A stretch of 64,000 nucleotides of DNA from Longimicrobiales bacterium (GCA_965218295.1 CBDCKN010000009.1:384001-448000); one strand, 5' to 3'. Counted from the stretch's first letter, positions 9,046 through 19,440 are shown. Program-made: numbers and translations. Notes: generated by a model not told the origin, from the sequence alone.

Positions 9046-10794
9046 CTAGATCCTCGCCTGCACCGTGTAGAGCTGGTGATAGCGCCCGTCGACGGCGATG
9101 AGGTCCTCGTGGCGCCCTCGCTCTACGATCTGCCCGTCCTCGATGACCAGGATCAGGTCGGCCCGCTGGATGGTCGAGAGCCGGTGCGCGATGACGAAGG
9201 TGGTTCGGCCCTGGAGCAGCTGCCCCAGGCTCTCCTGGATGAACGCTTCGCTTTCGGTGTCGAGGCTGGACGTCGCCTCGTCGAGTAGGAGGATCCGCGG
9301 GTTCGACAGGATCGCCCGGGCGATGGTCACGCGCTGGCGCTGACCGCCCGAGAGCTTAACCCCGCGCTCGCCGATCACGGTGTCCAGGCCCTCGGGGAAG
9401 CGATCCGTGAACTCGGTCACGTGGGCCTGCCGGGTGGCTGTCTTCAGATCCGCATCCGAAGCGCCTGCGCGGGCGAACAGCAGGTTCTCACGGATGGTCC
9501 CGTCGAAGAGGAAATCGTCCTGGAGGACCAGGCCGAGCTGCTCCCGGTAGCTGGCCAGCTTCACGGTGGCGAGGTCGACGCCGTCGACGAGCACCCGCCC
9601 TGTGTCCGGTGTGAGGAACGTGGCGGCCAGCCCGGCCAGGGTGGACTTCCCCGAGCCCGAGCTGCCCACCAGTGCGATGACCGTGCCCGAATCCGCCTCG
9701 AAGCTGATGCCCTTGAGGACGGGCTTGTCTTCATCGTACGCGAAGCACACATCCTCGAAGATCACGTGGCCCTCGATGGGAGGCATGGTCTCGGTCCGGC
9801 GGGGATCGTCGTCCTCGCCCGGCCAGGAGAGGAGCTCTTCGGTGCGGTCGAGGCCGGCGAAGGCTTCGGTCATCTGGGTGCCGATGTTGGACATCTGGAC
9901 GATGGGTCCCACCAGGAAGCCCATGAATAGCGTGAATGAGAATAACTCTCCCAGCGTGAGGGAGCCCTGGAGGATCATTCGGCCGCCGTACCCCACGATG
10001 AGCACGCTGGCGAGGCCCATGAAGAACGTGCCCAGGCTGGTGACCGTGCTGGACGTGGTGAGCGTGGTCTTCACGTTGTCGAAGATGCGGAGCACGCCGG
10101 CCTCGAAGATCGCGCCTTCCTTCTCCACGGCGTGGAAGCCCTTGATCACGCGGATCCCTCCCAGGGCCTCGGTCAGCCGCCCGGTGACCTCCGCGCGGAT
10201 CTCGCCGCGTTGGCGGAAAGCGGGCCGAAGCGTCTGAAAGGCCCTTGTCGCGACAAAGCTGAAGAGCGCCAGCGGGACGAGCGCCAGGAGCGTCATGATC
10301 ACGTCGATGCGCACCAGGAAGATAAAAGCCACCGCGGCCGTGATGGTGCCGCCCACCAGCTGCACGAGCCCGGTGCCCACCAGGTTCCGCACGCCCTCCA
10401 CGTCGTCCATGATCCGAGACACCAGCTCACCCGTCTTGGTGTCGTCGAACGTCCGGATGGGTAGCTGGAGCACGTGCTTCTGTACCTGGGCCCTGAGATT
10501 CGCGATCAGGTGTTGAGCCTCGACGCTGAGGAGCATCGTCAACAGAAACGCGGTACCGGCCTGAATGGCTATGGCGACGGCCAGCAGGCCCAGCAGCTTG
10601 AAGAGGAGGTCGATCTGTCCCTGCCCCAGGACCTCGTCGATGAGGTACTTGGTGGAGGCTGGAAGGACGAGCCCGCTCAGTCGGTTGAGCAGGATGAGGA
10701 AGAGACCGAGGGAAATGAGCTTCCGGCGAGGCCAAATGATCTCGTGGAAGGCGTTTCGGAGGCTAGCGCCGGTGACCTTGGGCTTCTTTGACAT
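9046..10794 (-). CDS. ABC exporter, fused TMD + ATPase (MsbA-like)
   Basis: GSSGSGKS Walker A, LSGGQRQ, LLLDEATS, IAHRLST; N-terminal six-TM domain. Confidence 0.93.
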   Translation of the reverse strand: MSKKPKVTGASLRNAFHEIIWPRRKLISLGLFLILLNRLSGLVLPASTKYLIDEVLGQGQIDLLFKLLGLLAVAIAIQAGTAFLLTMLLSVEAQHLIANLRAQVQKHVLQLPIRTFDDTKTGELVSRIMDDVEGVRNLVGTGLVQLVGGTITAAVAFIFLVRIDVIMTLLALVPLALFSFVATRAFQTLRPAFRQRGEIRAEVTGRLTEALGGIRVIKGFHAVEKEGAIFEAGVLRIFDNVKTTLTTSSTVTSLGTFFMGLASVLIVGYGGRMILQGSLTLGELFSFTLFMGFLVGPIVQMSNIGTQMTEAFAGLDRTEELLSWPGEDDDPRRTETMPPIEGHVIFEDVCFAYDEDKPVLKGISFEADSGTVIALVGSSGSGKSTLAGLAATFLTPDTGRVLVDGVDLATVKLASYREQLGLVLQDDFLFDGTIRENLLFARAGASDADLKTATRQAHVTEFTDRFPEGLDTVIGERGVKLSGGQRQRVTIARAILSNPRILLLDEATSSLDTESEAFIQESLGQLLQGRTTFVIAHRLSTIQRADLILVIEDGQIVERGRHEDLIAVDGRYHQLYTVQARI

Positions 10795-10885
10795 GTCGCA
10801 GGATCGGGGTGGGTTCGGCCTCGTGGCCTTCAATGGCGGCCTAAAGATAGTCCTTGAGCACCCTCTGCGGTGATCGAGGTCGCTA

Positions 10886-10965
10886 GGCCCCGCTGAGCAG
10901 GACTTGGCCCCACTGAGCAGGACTTGGCCACGCTGGGCAGGACTAGGCCACGCTGAACAGGACCA
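10886..10965. repeat. 4 x 20-bp degenerate tandem repeat
   Basis: ggccccgctgagcaggactt / ggccccactgagcaggactt / ggccacgctgggcaggacta / ggccacgctgaacaggacca. Confidence 0.9.
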
Positions 10966-11569
10966 GCCCCCACACCACGAGCGCTGCCCCGGCGAGCCTA
11001 CCGATCCGCTCGCCTCGGGGCGCGAGAGTCTCCGCGGCGATCACCACCGTGAGGACTGCCATCCACGCCAGGTTCATCACGCCAAGGGCGAAGCCTGTGA
11101 GCATGAGCGCCCAGCAACACCCCACACAGAAGGCGCCGTGTGACAAACCCATGCGGAACGCGCCGCCTGGGCCGTTACGCCACCGCGAGAGGAAGTAGCT
11201 CATCGGTGTACGGCAGTGCTCGAGGCACGCCGTCTTCGACGGTGTCACCTGATGGAGACCGGCTACCACGAGAACCAGGCCGGCCAACGGCGTGGCCAAC
11301 GCCGCAGACGCTCCCAGGAGCCCCCATGAGCGGAGGCCGATCTGGAGCGACGCACCCACCACGCTGAAGGCAAGCCACGCGGCGAAGTACCCGAGGCCGA
11401 AGAGCGCCACCCAGCCGCCTCGGACCGCGCCCGACTCCCGGTCTCTGGCGAGGGCGGCGAAGCCGATGAGCCACGGGAGGACGGCCGGCAGCATCATGAC
11501 CACCATCATGAGCATCCACATGGCGGTGGTCGCCACAAGGCCGGCTCCATGGGATGTGGACGTAATCAT
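10943..11569 (-). CDS. DUF2182 predicted metal-binding membrane protein
   Basis: MWMLMMVVMMLP, K.ACLEHCRTP, CVGCCWALM; ATGA overlap with the upstream gene. Confidence 0.85.
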   Translation of the reverse strand: MITSTSHGAGLVATTAMWMLMMVVMMLPAVLPWLIGFAALARDRESGAVRGGWVALFGLGYFAAWLAFSVVGASLQIGLRSWGLLGASAALATPLAGLVLVVAGLHQVTPSKTACLEHCRTPMSYFLSRWRNGPGGAFRMGLSHGAFCVGCCWALMLTGFALGVMNLAWMAVLTVVIAAETLAPRGERIGRLAGAALVVWGLVLFSVA

Positions 11570-12240
11570 GCGGCGTCGACCGCCCAGTCGAAGTCGGAGT
11601 AGAGGGCGTGGGTGCCCTCGTTCGCGACGACGATCTCGCCGTCGTCGTAGGTGGTGCTGCCCCGGGCGATGACCTGGGTGGGGGCGTGGATCTGATTGAA
11701 GATGTTCTGGAAGGTCACCGGCCGATCCCGGTCCCTCCCCTGGATATTCTCCACCGTGCCTTCCAAAAGACCTTCGATGACGATCCGCTTCACCGCACCT
11801 TCGTCGGCGATGTCGATGGGGAGCGCCTGGGTGGGGAGCCGCCGTTCGACGAAGCGGTCCAGGACCTCCCACGGCCCACCCGCATGACCAGTGAGAATGG
11901 CCTCCGCCGCCGAGCGCTGTGCATCCGACGCGGCCTCGTCGAGAATGAGCACCTCGGTCCAACCGCCCGAGATCATGTGCTGGGGGGAATCGTACGCGAT
12001 GACGGCGCTCACTCCGGCGAGGTCGACGTCTCCGTACGCGCCCTCGTCCACCCGGAGGGCCCAGTAACCGACGCAGCGCTCGTGGGTGCAGTGGTTGGAG
12101 AAGTGCATGTGGCCAGGGCACACCACCTGGCAGTTGCAGTTCTCGAAGAGGAGGCCTTTGACCCACCACGAGATGCCAGCCGACCTCCCCTCATCCCTGG
12201 TGCCGCCGTCTCCGGACGCGTCGGTGGAAAGATCCGTCAT
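11566..12240 (-). CDS. DUF1326 protein
   Basis: W.VKG..FENCNC.VVCP, EG.YGDVDLAG, QR.A.EAILTG.AGGP. Confidence 0.85.
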   Translation of the reverse strand: MTDLSTDASGDGGTRDEGRSAGISWWVKGLLFENCNCQVVCPGHMHFSNHCTHERCVGYWALRVDEGAYGDVDLAGVSAVIAYDSPQHMISGGWTEVLILDEAASDAQRSAAEAILTGHAGGPWEVLDRFVERRLPTQALPIDIADEGAVKRIVIEGLLEGTVENIQGRDRDRPVTFQNIFNQIHAPTQVIARGSTTYDDGEIVVANEGTHALYSDFDWAVDAA

Positions 12241-12347
12241 GCTATGCCTTGCCTTCTGCCTGGGTCATTCATCGTCTTCCGTCCCTTCGTGGGTACGCTC
12301 AGGATCTCGCCGGGGACGCCGGGCCGGAGCGGGGGGCAGCGAGGGAT

Positions 12348-12983
12348 TCAGCGTCGGGTGGATGTGATCTCGATCATCATGAATGGCGGTCCGTCTCGGG
12401 TGTGGAGGGCGTCCTTGAACCAGATCTCCATGACGTACGTGTCGTCGTCCACGAAGCGTGTCCTGAAGTCGTACTCCTGGAGATGGCCGAAGATGGGATC
12501 ATAATCCTCACCGGACATTGTGATGGTCCGGGTCTCCTCGTCGTACGTGCCCTTGGCGGTTACCCAGTAGGTGCCCTCGGTGTCCATCCCGATCGTGTTG
12601 AACTCCTCGGACCTCCGGTCGAAGCCGAGAAGGGACATACTTCCCCCTTCTACGCCGGGGAGGTGCAGGTCCGACTCGGTCTTGAGAAAGCGCCCGCCGA
12701 GGATCATCTCGTTGGTGGCCATCCCCTCCATGGTCATAACGTCGGCCCCCGGGGCGGGAGTGAGCTTCAATACCTGGTGCCACTCTCCGACGAGGGTCGC
12801 CATGAGCGCGTGCTCCTCACCCGGCTGGGCGGCCGTGCCCATCCGGCGCTGAATGTCAGCCAGCTCCTTGGCGGTCATCCCTTCGGGGAGCTGTATCTGA
12901 GCCGCCGCCGGAGGCTGCCCGAGAACGGCCGCCCCGAGCAGAAGGAAAAGGCTGCGCGCCAGGGGTCGGTTGTGGGTCCTCAT
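12348..12983 (-). CDS. DUF1579 family secreted protein
   Basis: PGEEH..M..LVGEW, ILGGRFL, LLGFD; signal peptide. Start approximate. Confidence 0.75.
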   Translation of the reverse strand: MRTHNRPLARSLFLLLGAAVLGQPPAAAQIQLPEGMTAKELADIQRRMGTAAQPGEEHALMATLVGEWHQVLKLTPAPGADVMTMEGMATNEMILGGRFLKTESDLHLPGVEGGSMSLLGFDRRSEEFNTIGMDTEGTYWVTAKGTYDEETRTITMSGEDYDPIFGHLQEYDFRTRFVDDDTYVMEIWFKDALHTRDGPPFMMIEITSTRR

Positions 12984-13175
12984 GATGTCACTCCTCTGCC
13001 TCATGGTCTTCGGAGGTGGTCGGACGTGAAAGTGCCGGATAACCGGCCAGGAGAAACGGAAGCTCCGCCCTTCTTGGACTTCCGTGTCGTCGTATTTGTT
13101 CACGAGCTGCAGGCGAGAAACAGCACAACGACGGCAGCGAGCGCGAGCCGGCGCTCTACGGTCACGCCAGAGGTC

Positions 13176-13496
13176 CTACTCCTCGACCTTGTCGGAGCCC
13201 GGCCCCCGCTCGACCTCGATGGAGCAGCTCGCGACGAGTGCCGCGACTGCGCCGATAGCTGCCCACATGGGAGCCAGCACTGCCCCCACCACGCCCACGG
13301 AGAGGGGCACCTCGATGAGTGACCTGCCCTCTTCGTTCTTGATGATGATCCGCCGTACGTTTCCTTGATGGATCAGCTCCTTGATCTTGCCGATCACTTT
13401 GTCGCCGCTGACCCTGTGCTCCTCGCGGGTCTTGCCTCCTGCGTCTCCCTCGATCTGACGCTCGGTTCCTGCGGTCTCATCGTCCATTTCGTCCAC
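13176..13496 (-). CDS. DUF4342 protein
   Basis: KIKELIHQGNVRRIII...IEVPLSVGVVG. Confidence 0.85.
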   Translation of the reverse strand: MDEMDDETAGTERQIEGDAGGKTREEHRVSGDKVIGKIKELIHQGNVRRIIIKNEEGRSLIEVPLSVGVVGAVLAPMWAAIGAVAALVASCSIEVERGPGSDKVEE

Positions 13497-13498
13497 TC

Positions 13499-13640
13499 CT
13501 AGTGTCGGCCTTCAGCCGGCTCAAGCTCTCAGTGTGGCTGCAACGCCACACAAGTCTAAGATCCGTGCGCGGATGCCGCGATGATTCGAGAAGCCGGACC
13601 TGGTATCTTGGTAGCTCGCGGATTGGAAACGGAACACTAG
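13499..13640. repeat. degenerate CTAG-ended palindromic (MITE/REP-like) element
   Basis: Bounded by CTAGTGT...ACACTAG; the right arm resembles the copies at 17666 and 36397. Confidence 0.55.
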
Positions 13641-15361
13641 GCGCTGATCTCGTGTGCCTCTCCGGCGCCTCTGGGCACGCGGATGAGGGCGACCAGATGT
13701 GCGATTCTGGCCGGAGGCGCGGGGGTGAAGCGCGACACCGTCCACGCCACCGCGAAGTTCACGAGCATGCCCACGGTGCCGATCCCTTCGGGCGAGATCC
13801 CGAACCACCAGTGCTCGGCCGTGTTGGCTGCGGGGTTCACGAACTTGAAGTAGACGATGTACGCGGCCGTCAGCGAGATCCCGGAGATCATCCCCAGGAC
13901 GGCCCCTTCCCGGTTCATGCGCTTCGAGAAGATCCCCATGATGAACGCCGGGAAGAACGATGCCGCCGCGAGCCCGAAAGCGAAGGCCACCACCTCAGCC
14001 ACGAATCCGGGAGGGTTGATCCCCAGGTAGCCCGCCACGATGACGGCCGCCCCGGCGCTCACGCGGGCGGCGATGAGCTCGCCTCGCTCGGTGATGTCCG
14101 GCTTGAAGCCCCGTTTCAGCAGGTCGTGGCTCACCGCCGAGGAGACCACCAGAAGGAGTCCCGCCGCCGTCGAGAGGGCCGCGGCCAATCCGCCCGCCGC
14201 CACGAGCCCGATCACCCAGTTGGGGAGTCCCGAGATCTCCGGATTGGCCAGCACCATGATGTCCTGGTCGATCGCGAGCTCGTTCTCCACCGTAGCTCCC
14301 CGAGCGTCCTCGGCTCCCGGTCCCACGAACTGGATGCGCCCGTCTCCGTTTCTGTCGTCGAAGGAGATGAGGCCTGTCTCCTCCCACTTGGTGAACCACT
14401 CGGGCATCTCCGAGTAGAGCTGCTCGGAGACGGTGTTGATCAGATTCATGCGGGCGAACACCGCCACGGCAGGCGCGGCCGTATAGAGGAGGGCGATGAA
14501 GACCAGGGCCCACCCGACGCTGAGGCGGGCGTCCCGAACCTTAGGCACCGTGTAGAAGCGGACCATGACGTGGGGAAGCCCCGCCGTCCCCACCATGAGG
14601 GCCGCGGTGATGGCGAACACGTCAATGGTGGTCTTCGTCCCGGAGGTGTATGGGGTGAATCCCAGCTCCTCGTGCAGTCCGTTGAGCCGATCGAGAAGGA
14701 AGGTCCCGCTCTCCTGGTCCATCCCTCCGAAGCCCAGCTGCGGTATGGCGTTTCCGGTGATGAGAAGGGAAAGGAAGATCGCCGGGACGAGGTACGCGAA
14801 GATCAACACGCAGTACTGGGCGACCTGGGTATAGGTGATGCCCTTCATCCCGCCCAGGACCGCGTAAAAGAACACGATCCCCATGCCGATGAGCACGCCG
14901 ATCTCCACCGGCACCTCCAGGAACCGACCGAAGACGATCCCCACACCCCTCATCTGGCCGGCAACGTACGTGAACGAAACGAAGATGGCGCAGACGACCG
15001 CCACCATTCGGGCCGTCTGCGAGTAGTAGCGGTCGCCCACGAAGTCGGGGACCGTGTAGGCTCCGAACTTCCGGAGGTAGGGAGCCAGCAGAAGGGCCAG
15101 GAGCACGTACCCGCCGGTCCACCCCATGAGATAGACCGAGCCGTCGTAACCCCGAAACGAGATGAGGCCCGCCATGGAGATGAACGACGCGGCAGACATC
15201 CAGTCGGCGGCCGTGGCCATGCCGTTGGCCAGGGGCGAGACGCCGGTGCCGGCGACGTAGAACTCCTTGGTGGAGTGCGCCCGCGACAAGATGGCCACCC
15301 CGATGTACAGGGCGAAGGAGAGGCCCACCAGGACGAAGGTCCAGGCCTGGACGGTCATCAA
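13637..15361 (-). CDS. sodium:solute symporter (ActP/VC_2705-like)
   Basis: NGMATAADWMSAASF, GGMKGITYTQVAQY, GTAGLPH, AAALSTAAG. Confidence 0.93.
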   Translation of the reverse strand: MMTVQAWTFVLVGLSFALYIGVAILSRAHSTKEFYVAGTGVSPLANGMATAADWMSAASFISMAGLISFRGYDGSVYLMGWTGGYVLLALLLAPYLRKFGAYTVPDFVGDRYYSQTARMVAVVCAIFVSFTYVAGQMRGVGIVFGRFLEVPVEIGVLIGMGIVFFYAVLGGMKGITYTQVAQYCVLIFAYLVPAIFLSLLITGNAIPQLGFGGMDQESGTFLLDRLNGLHEELGFTPYTSGTKTTIDVFAITAALMVGTAGLPHVMVRFYTVPKVRDARLSVGWALVFIALLYTAAPAVAVFARMNLINTVSEQLYSEMPEWFTKWEETGLISFDDRNGDGRIQFVGPGAEDARGATVENELAIDQDIMVLANPEISGLPNWVIGLVAAGGLAAALSTAAGLLLVVSSAVSHDLLKRGFKPDITERGELIAARVSAGAAVIVAGYLGINPPGFVAEVVAFAFGLAAASFFPAFIMGIFSKRMNREGAVLGMISGISLTAAYIVYFKFVNPAANTAEHWWFGISPEGIGTVGMLVNFAVAWTVSRFTPAPPARIAHLVALIRVPRGAGEAHEISA

Positions 15362-15660
15362 TCGCCGTCCTCGTCCAGGCCGAACTTCCGGTCCAGGCGG
15401 TTCATGAGGACCACGTAGACGAAGATCAGGACGACGAAGGTGTAGATGGAGCCCTGTTGGGCGAACCAGAAGCCCAGAGGAAAGCCTGTGCCCGGGATGC
15501 GGATGGTGTTGAGCTGCTCGACGAACAGGATTCCCGCCCCATACGAGACCAGGAACCAGATGGTGAGCAGAACCGCGACGTACGTGAGGTTCCGGCGCCA
15601 GTAGGCGGTGGGGCTGGCTGCCGAGTCGTAATCACCGTCTGTGGATGTCGGATCTCTCAA
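15358..15660 (-). CDS. DUF4212 symporter small partner
   Basis: YWRRNL, GFPLGFWFAQQGS, MNRLD; ATGA overlap with the symporter. Start uncertain. Confidence 0.88.
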   Translation of the reverse strand: MRDPTSTDGDYDSAASPTAYWRRNLTYVAVLLTIWFLVSYGAGILFVEQLNTIRIPGTGFPLGFWFAQQGSIYTFVVLIFVYVVLMNRLDRKFGLDEDGD

Positions 15661-15824
15661 GCTCGACGCCTCTTCGATGGGCAGTGTCGGACACAGGGCG
15701 CCGTTATGGTGTAGTGAAGGCTGGCGTCGCGCAAATCAGCCAGGATGGCCGAGGTCGAAGATTGCCAACTCCGTCGGGATGACGGCAGAATTCGATCCCA
15801 CCCAAAGCCCGGGAGGGATGAGCC

Positions 15825-17000
15825 ATGAAGGAACCGCTATCCGCACGGGACGGGTTCGCTTCGTTCGGAATTACCGGCCGCGCCGTTGCAGTGGCGGCCG
15901 TTGCCGGCGCGGCCCTGACGCTGTGCACGACGCCCGCCGAGACTCCCACAACCACGGTGGTCACTTCGTCGCCCCTGCAGGTCGAGATTCTGGTGTTCGG
16001 ACTGGACACGCCCTGGGATCTGGCTTGGGGACCCGACGGCTCCATCTGGGTGACCGAGCGGCCCGGGCTGGTCTCCAGGGTCGACCCGAGCACCGGCACG
16101 GTCACGCCCGTGGGTGAGGTAGAGGTCCTGGAGCGGGGAGAGAGCGGCCTCATGGGCATGGCCTTCCACCCTGACTTCGCGAATGAGCCGTACGTATACC
16201 TGGCCCATTCCTACGGTGACGGAGGGGATATCAAGAATCGCTTGATTCGCATGCGATATGACGGCGCGAGGCTAGGCCAAACCGAGATTCTCATCGACGA
16301 CATCCCCGGTCGCAGCAACCACGACGGGTCGCGCTTGGCCGTCGGCCCTGATGGATATCTATACATGACCATGGGAGATGCGGGCCGGGCGAGCCTGGCC
16401 CAGGACCTGGGATCCCTTTCCGGAAAGGTGTTGCGCGTCACGCTGGATGGCCGTCCGGTGCCCGACAACCCTTTCGGCTCCCTGGTCTACTCCTACGGGC
16501 ACCGGAACCCCCAGGGCATCGTGTTCCACCCGCGCACGGGAGATCTCTACGTGGCAGAGCACGGTCCCAGCGACAACGACGAGGTCAGTCGGATCGTGAG
16601 GGGCGGGAACTTCGGCTGGCCCGACGTTCACGGCTTCTGTGACGGAGACACGTCGGGGGAGCAGGCCTTCTGCGCGAGCAATGTGGTGGAGGAGCCTCTG
16701 GAGGCTTGGACTCCCACCATAGGGATCTCCGGGGCGGACTACTACGACGGCGATCTGATTCCCGAGTGGAAGGGGAGCCTGCTCGTCACGTCGCTCATTG
16801 GCGAGACGCTGTACCGCCTCGAGCTCTCCGCCGACGGACGGCGGGTAGTGGGCCGTGAGGCCCTCTACCAAAGGGAGTTCGGGCGCCTCCGCGACGTTCT
16901 GGTGGGGCCAGGTGGGGGGGTGTATCTGGCCACGAGCAATCGCGATGGCCGTGGCAACCCTTTCGGCGGCGACGATCGCATCCTGCTGATCAGGCGCTAG
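15825..17000 (+). CDS. PQQ-dependent sugar (glucose/sorbosone) dehydrogenase
   Basis: PWDLAWGPDG, GESGLMGMAFHPDF, HDGSRL, YGHRNPQG, FGRLRDV. Confidence 0.92.
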   Translation: MKEPLSARDGFASFGITGRAVAVAAVAGAALTLCTTPAETPTTTVVTSSPLQVEILVFGLDTPWDLAWGPDGSIWVTERPGLVSRVDPSTGTVTPVGEVEVLERGESGLMGMAFHPDFANEPYVYLAHSYGDGGDIKNRLIRMRYDGARLGQTEILIDDIPGRSNHDGSRLAVGPDGYLYMTMGDAGRASLAQDLGSLSGKVLRVTLDGRPVPDNPFGSLVYSYGHRNPQGIVFHPRTGDLYVAEHGPSDNDEVSRIVRGGNFGWPDVHGFCDGDTSGEQAFCASNVVEEPLEAWTPTIGISGADYYDGDLIPEWKGSLLVTSLIGETLYRLELSADGRRVVGREALYQREFGRLRDVLVGPGGGVYLATSNRDGRGNPFGGDDRILLIRR

Positions 17001-17019
17001 GGCTGATCGGGCGCTAGGA

Positions 17020-17574
17020 ATGGGTGAGCTTCCGCTTCGGACGCTTTTCTTCCTCTTCGGGGCCTTCGCGCTCCTCTCAGCCGGCCTGAAAGGCCGCTCG
17101 AGCAGGCGTGCTGGCGGGGGCGTCTCGGTCTTGACGCTCGTAGAGGGTCTTGCGGGCGTCGTCCTGATGGTGACGACGCTGCCGGGGGTGTTCCCTGTAC
17201 GCGTTACAGGCAGCGTCGGGATGGGGACCGCCGTGCTGGTTGTGCTCTCGACAATGACGTACCTGGGACAGGTGCGGGCGCTGAGCCGGGCTCGAGAGGA
17301 GTCGGCGGGTCAGCGGCTCTACGCCTCTATAAAGTATGGATCGGATGACGGCCCCGCGGAAGAAAGTCCTACTGAGCCGGAGGAGAGTGCTACCGAGCCG
17401 GACGAGAGCCCCGCCGAGTCGGAGGCGGTGGATCCGATCACGGCCGCCCTCCAGAGCGGGCACTTCGACGAGGAAGCCTTCCTGAGAAGCACCTCCGGCG
17501 AGGGGGAGACCCAAGGAGACGGTGACGCCGCTCCGAGGGGTGAGGATCTCCCCGAAGGGGAAGAGAAGCCGTGA
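17020..17574 (+). CDS. hypothetical three-TM membrane protein with acidic repetitive tail
   Basis: Three hydrophobic segments followed by EESPTEP/EESATEP/DESPAES repeats. Confidence 0.65.
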   Translation: MGELPLRTLFFLFGAFALLSAGLKGRSSRRAGGGVSVLTLVEGLAGVVLMVTTLPGVFPVRVTGSVGMGTAVLVVLSTMTYLGQVRALSRAREESAGQRLYASIKYGSDDGPAEESPTEPEESATEPDESPAESEAVDPITAALQSGHFDEEAFLRSTSGEGETQGDGDAAPRGEDLPEGEEKP

Positions 17575-17665
17575 ACTCCCACGGATCCCGATTGCCGTCC
17601 TCCTGCGCCCTGAGCATGTTCCGACCGAAGGGCGGCATCTTCCCGGGGCCCAAGCCGGTTCGATC

Positions 17666-17712
17666 GCCCCGACCCTCTTGGTGGCTCGCGAACTTCGGAG
17701 ACGGAACACTAG
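17666..17712. repeat. right arm of CTAG-ended palindromic element
   Basis: gccccgaccctcttggtggctcgcgaacttcggagacggaacactag, nearly identical to 36516-36556. Confidence 0.8.
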
Positions 17713-17715
17713 GTC

Positions 17716-18957
17716 CTAAAGCAGCGCCATCACCAGCCCGCTGCGGATCTTGGGCTCGAACCAGGTGGACTTGGGCGGCATGTGGCGATTCTGCCTGCAC
17801 ACCTCGATGAACTGCTCCATGGTGACCGCCGGCAGCATCACCGCATAGGCCGCCCGTCCCTCGTCCACGGCGGCCTGGAGCCAGGCGGCGTCCTTGTTGC
17901 TTCCCACGAAGGTCAGGCGGGGGTCCCCTGCATCGTCGATCCCGAAGACCTCGGCGAAGAGGTTCCGCTGCACGATGTCGGCGTCGATGGCCTCCACGGC
18001 GTTCTTCGGATCGAAGGTGCCGGGGAGTGGGCGCAGATGCATCCAGCCCTGCTCGGGTGAATAGAGTCCGATCTGGTGGGTTTCGGTGGGCTGATAGGCA
18101 GCCGCCTCCCGGGACCCTGCGATCTCGAACTTCCTCGCTACTGCGGCTGTCAGTCCCGAAGCCGGATCTCCTGCCTCAGTGACGAGACGGTTGTACGGGT
18201 AGATGCTCATGGTAGCGGCGGGGAAGAACACCGCTAGGAAGCTCTCGTACCCGAGCATGGCGGCGGCGGCGCTCCGGTGATTCCCGTCCGCCACGTACGC
18301 GTGGGGCTCCTCGGCGAAGAGTTGCCGGAAGTGTCCCATGGCGCTCGGATCGTCCACGATCCAGACCCGGTGCCAGTTCCCGTGGTGATCGGGGACCTCG
18401 AAGTCGGGCGCAGAGGAGGCGGCTTGGGCTTCCAGCGCGGCCTGAATCTCACCCGACGTGTCGTCGATGGCGTTGTTCACCGTCCCGATAAAAGCAACGG
18501 TGGCCTCGATGAGGTCGGCCCGGCCGCGGGCCTTGGGTTCGCGGATGCCCTCGTTCCGGATGATCGTTCCCCCGGGCGTGGCCCCGGTTCGGATCTGGGC
18601 CGTGCGCGCCATCCCGCCCAGTCCGATTTGGGGAGCGTCCGGTCGCCTCGGGTCCTCGATCTCGTAGACCCACAGCATGTTCCGGACTTCGCGTGTGAGG
18701 TCGCTCTCGATAAGCTCGTCCATGTTGAGCTTCGCCCGGGTCAGGGACGCCACCGATTCCCCCGCTGTAATGTCGGTGGGCGAGGGCGTGTCGCAGTGGG
18801 CCATGGTGACCCGGAGGATACTCATGGGGCTTCCCTGGAGCAGATCCCAGATCTCACGGTCGCCCTGGAACTCGTCGTAGTTGGGGGCGCTGATCCGGGC
18901 GGCAGCCTCCGAGTCGATGGGGACCAGGGCGCGGGGAACGGGGGTGATCGTGATCAA
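17716..18957 (-). CDS. DUF1015 family protein
   Basis: APNYD, YVADGNHRSAAA, MPPKSTWFEPKIRSGL. Confidence 0.88.
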   Translation of the reverse strand: MITITPVPRALVPIDSEAAARISAPNYDEFQGDREIWDLLQGSPMSILRVTMAHCDTPSPTDITAGESVASLTRAKLNMDELIESDLTREVRNMLWVYEIEDPRRPDAPQIGLGGMARTAQIRTGATPGGTIIRNEGIREPKARGRADLIEATVAFIGTVNNAIDDTSGEIQAALEAQAASSAPDFEVPDHHGNWHRVWIVDDPSAMGHFRQLFAEEPHAYVADGNHRSAAAAMLGYESFLAVFFPAATMSIYPYNRLVTEAGDPASGLTAAVARKFEIAGSREAAAYQPTETHQIGLYSPEQGWMHLRPLPGTFDPKNAVEAIDADIVQRNLFAEVFGIDDAGDPRLTFVGSNKDAAWLQAAVDEGRAAYAVMLPAVTMEQFIEVCRQNRHMPPKSTWFEPKIRSGLVMALL

Positions 18958-19199
18958 GGTCGCCTCATCGGGGGAGTTGTGGTCAGATGCCGTCCGTGAT
19001 GCGCCTCAACGCAGCCTGAAACGTTGGATTTTCCCCGTGACTGCCTTAGGGAGCTGCCTGCCGGAAGATTGACTTCATGATCAACTCGGTCGTCGGAGGG
19101 TAGCCCTTCCTCGAGAACGGACCGCCCCAGCTCGAATCAAAGAGAATGCCCCCTCGCCCGGAAGCTCACAAGGAGGGGCGGACGCCGAGAGGCCGACGG

Positions 19200-19440
19200 C
19201 GAGTGGGCCGTCAGCCAGAACCTGCGCGCCGTTCACGAACACGTGGACCCTGCCGGTGGCGTACTGGTGGGGATCCTCGTAGGTGGCGTGATCGATGATG
19301 GTCTCGGGGTCGAAGATCACCACGTCGGCGAAGTGGCCGGGCTCAGGCTGCCGCGGCCGGCGATGCCGAGGTTGCCCGCCGGGAGCGAAGTCAGCTTCTT
19401 CACCGCCTCCTCAAGTGGGATGACCCGCTCCTCCCGCAGG
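19200..19440 (-). pseudogene. C-terminal remnant of an N-acyl-D-amino-acid deacylase/amidohydrolase
   Basis: [23 protein letters not shown], then a frameshift, then [32 protein letters not shown]. The catalytic N-terminus is missing. Confidence 0.75.

Noticed and set aside
10886..10965. Possible CRISPR array
   Set aside because: The units are contiguous with no spacers, and there are no cas genes.
10943..12169. 408-aa ORF as a single gene
   Set aside because: Its first half is an alternate frame of DUF1326; the real start is 11569.
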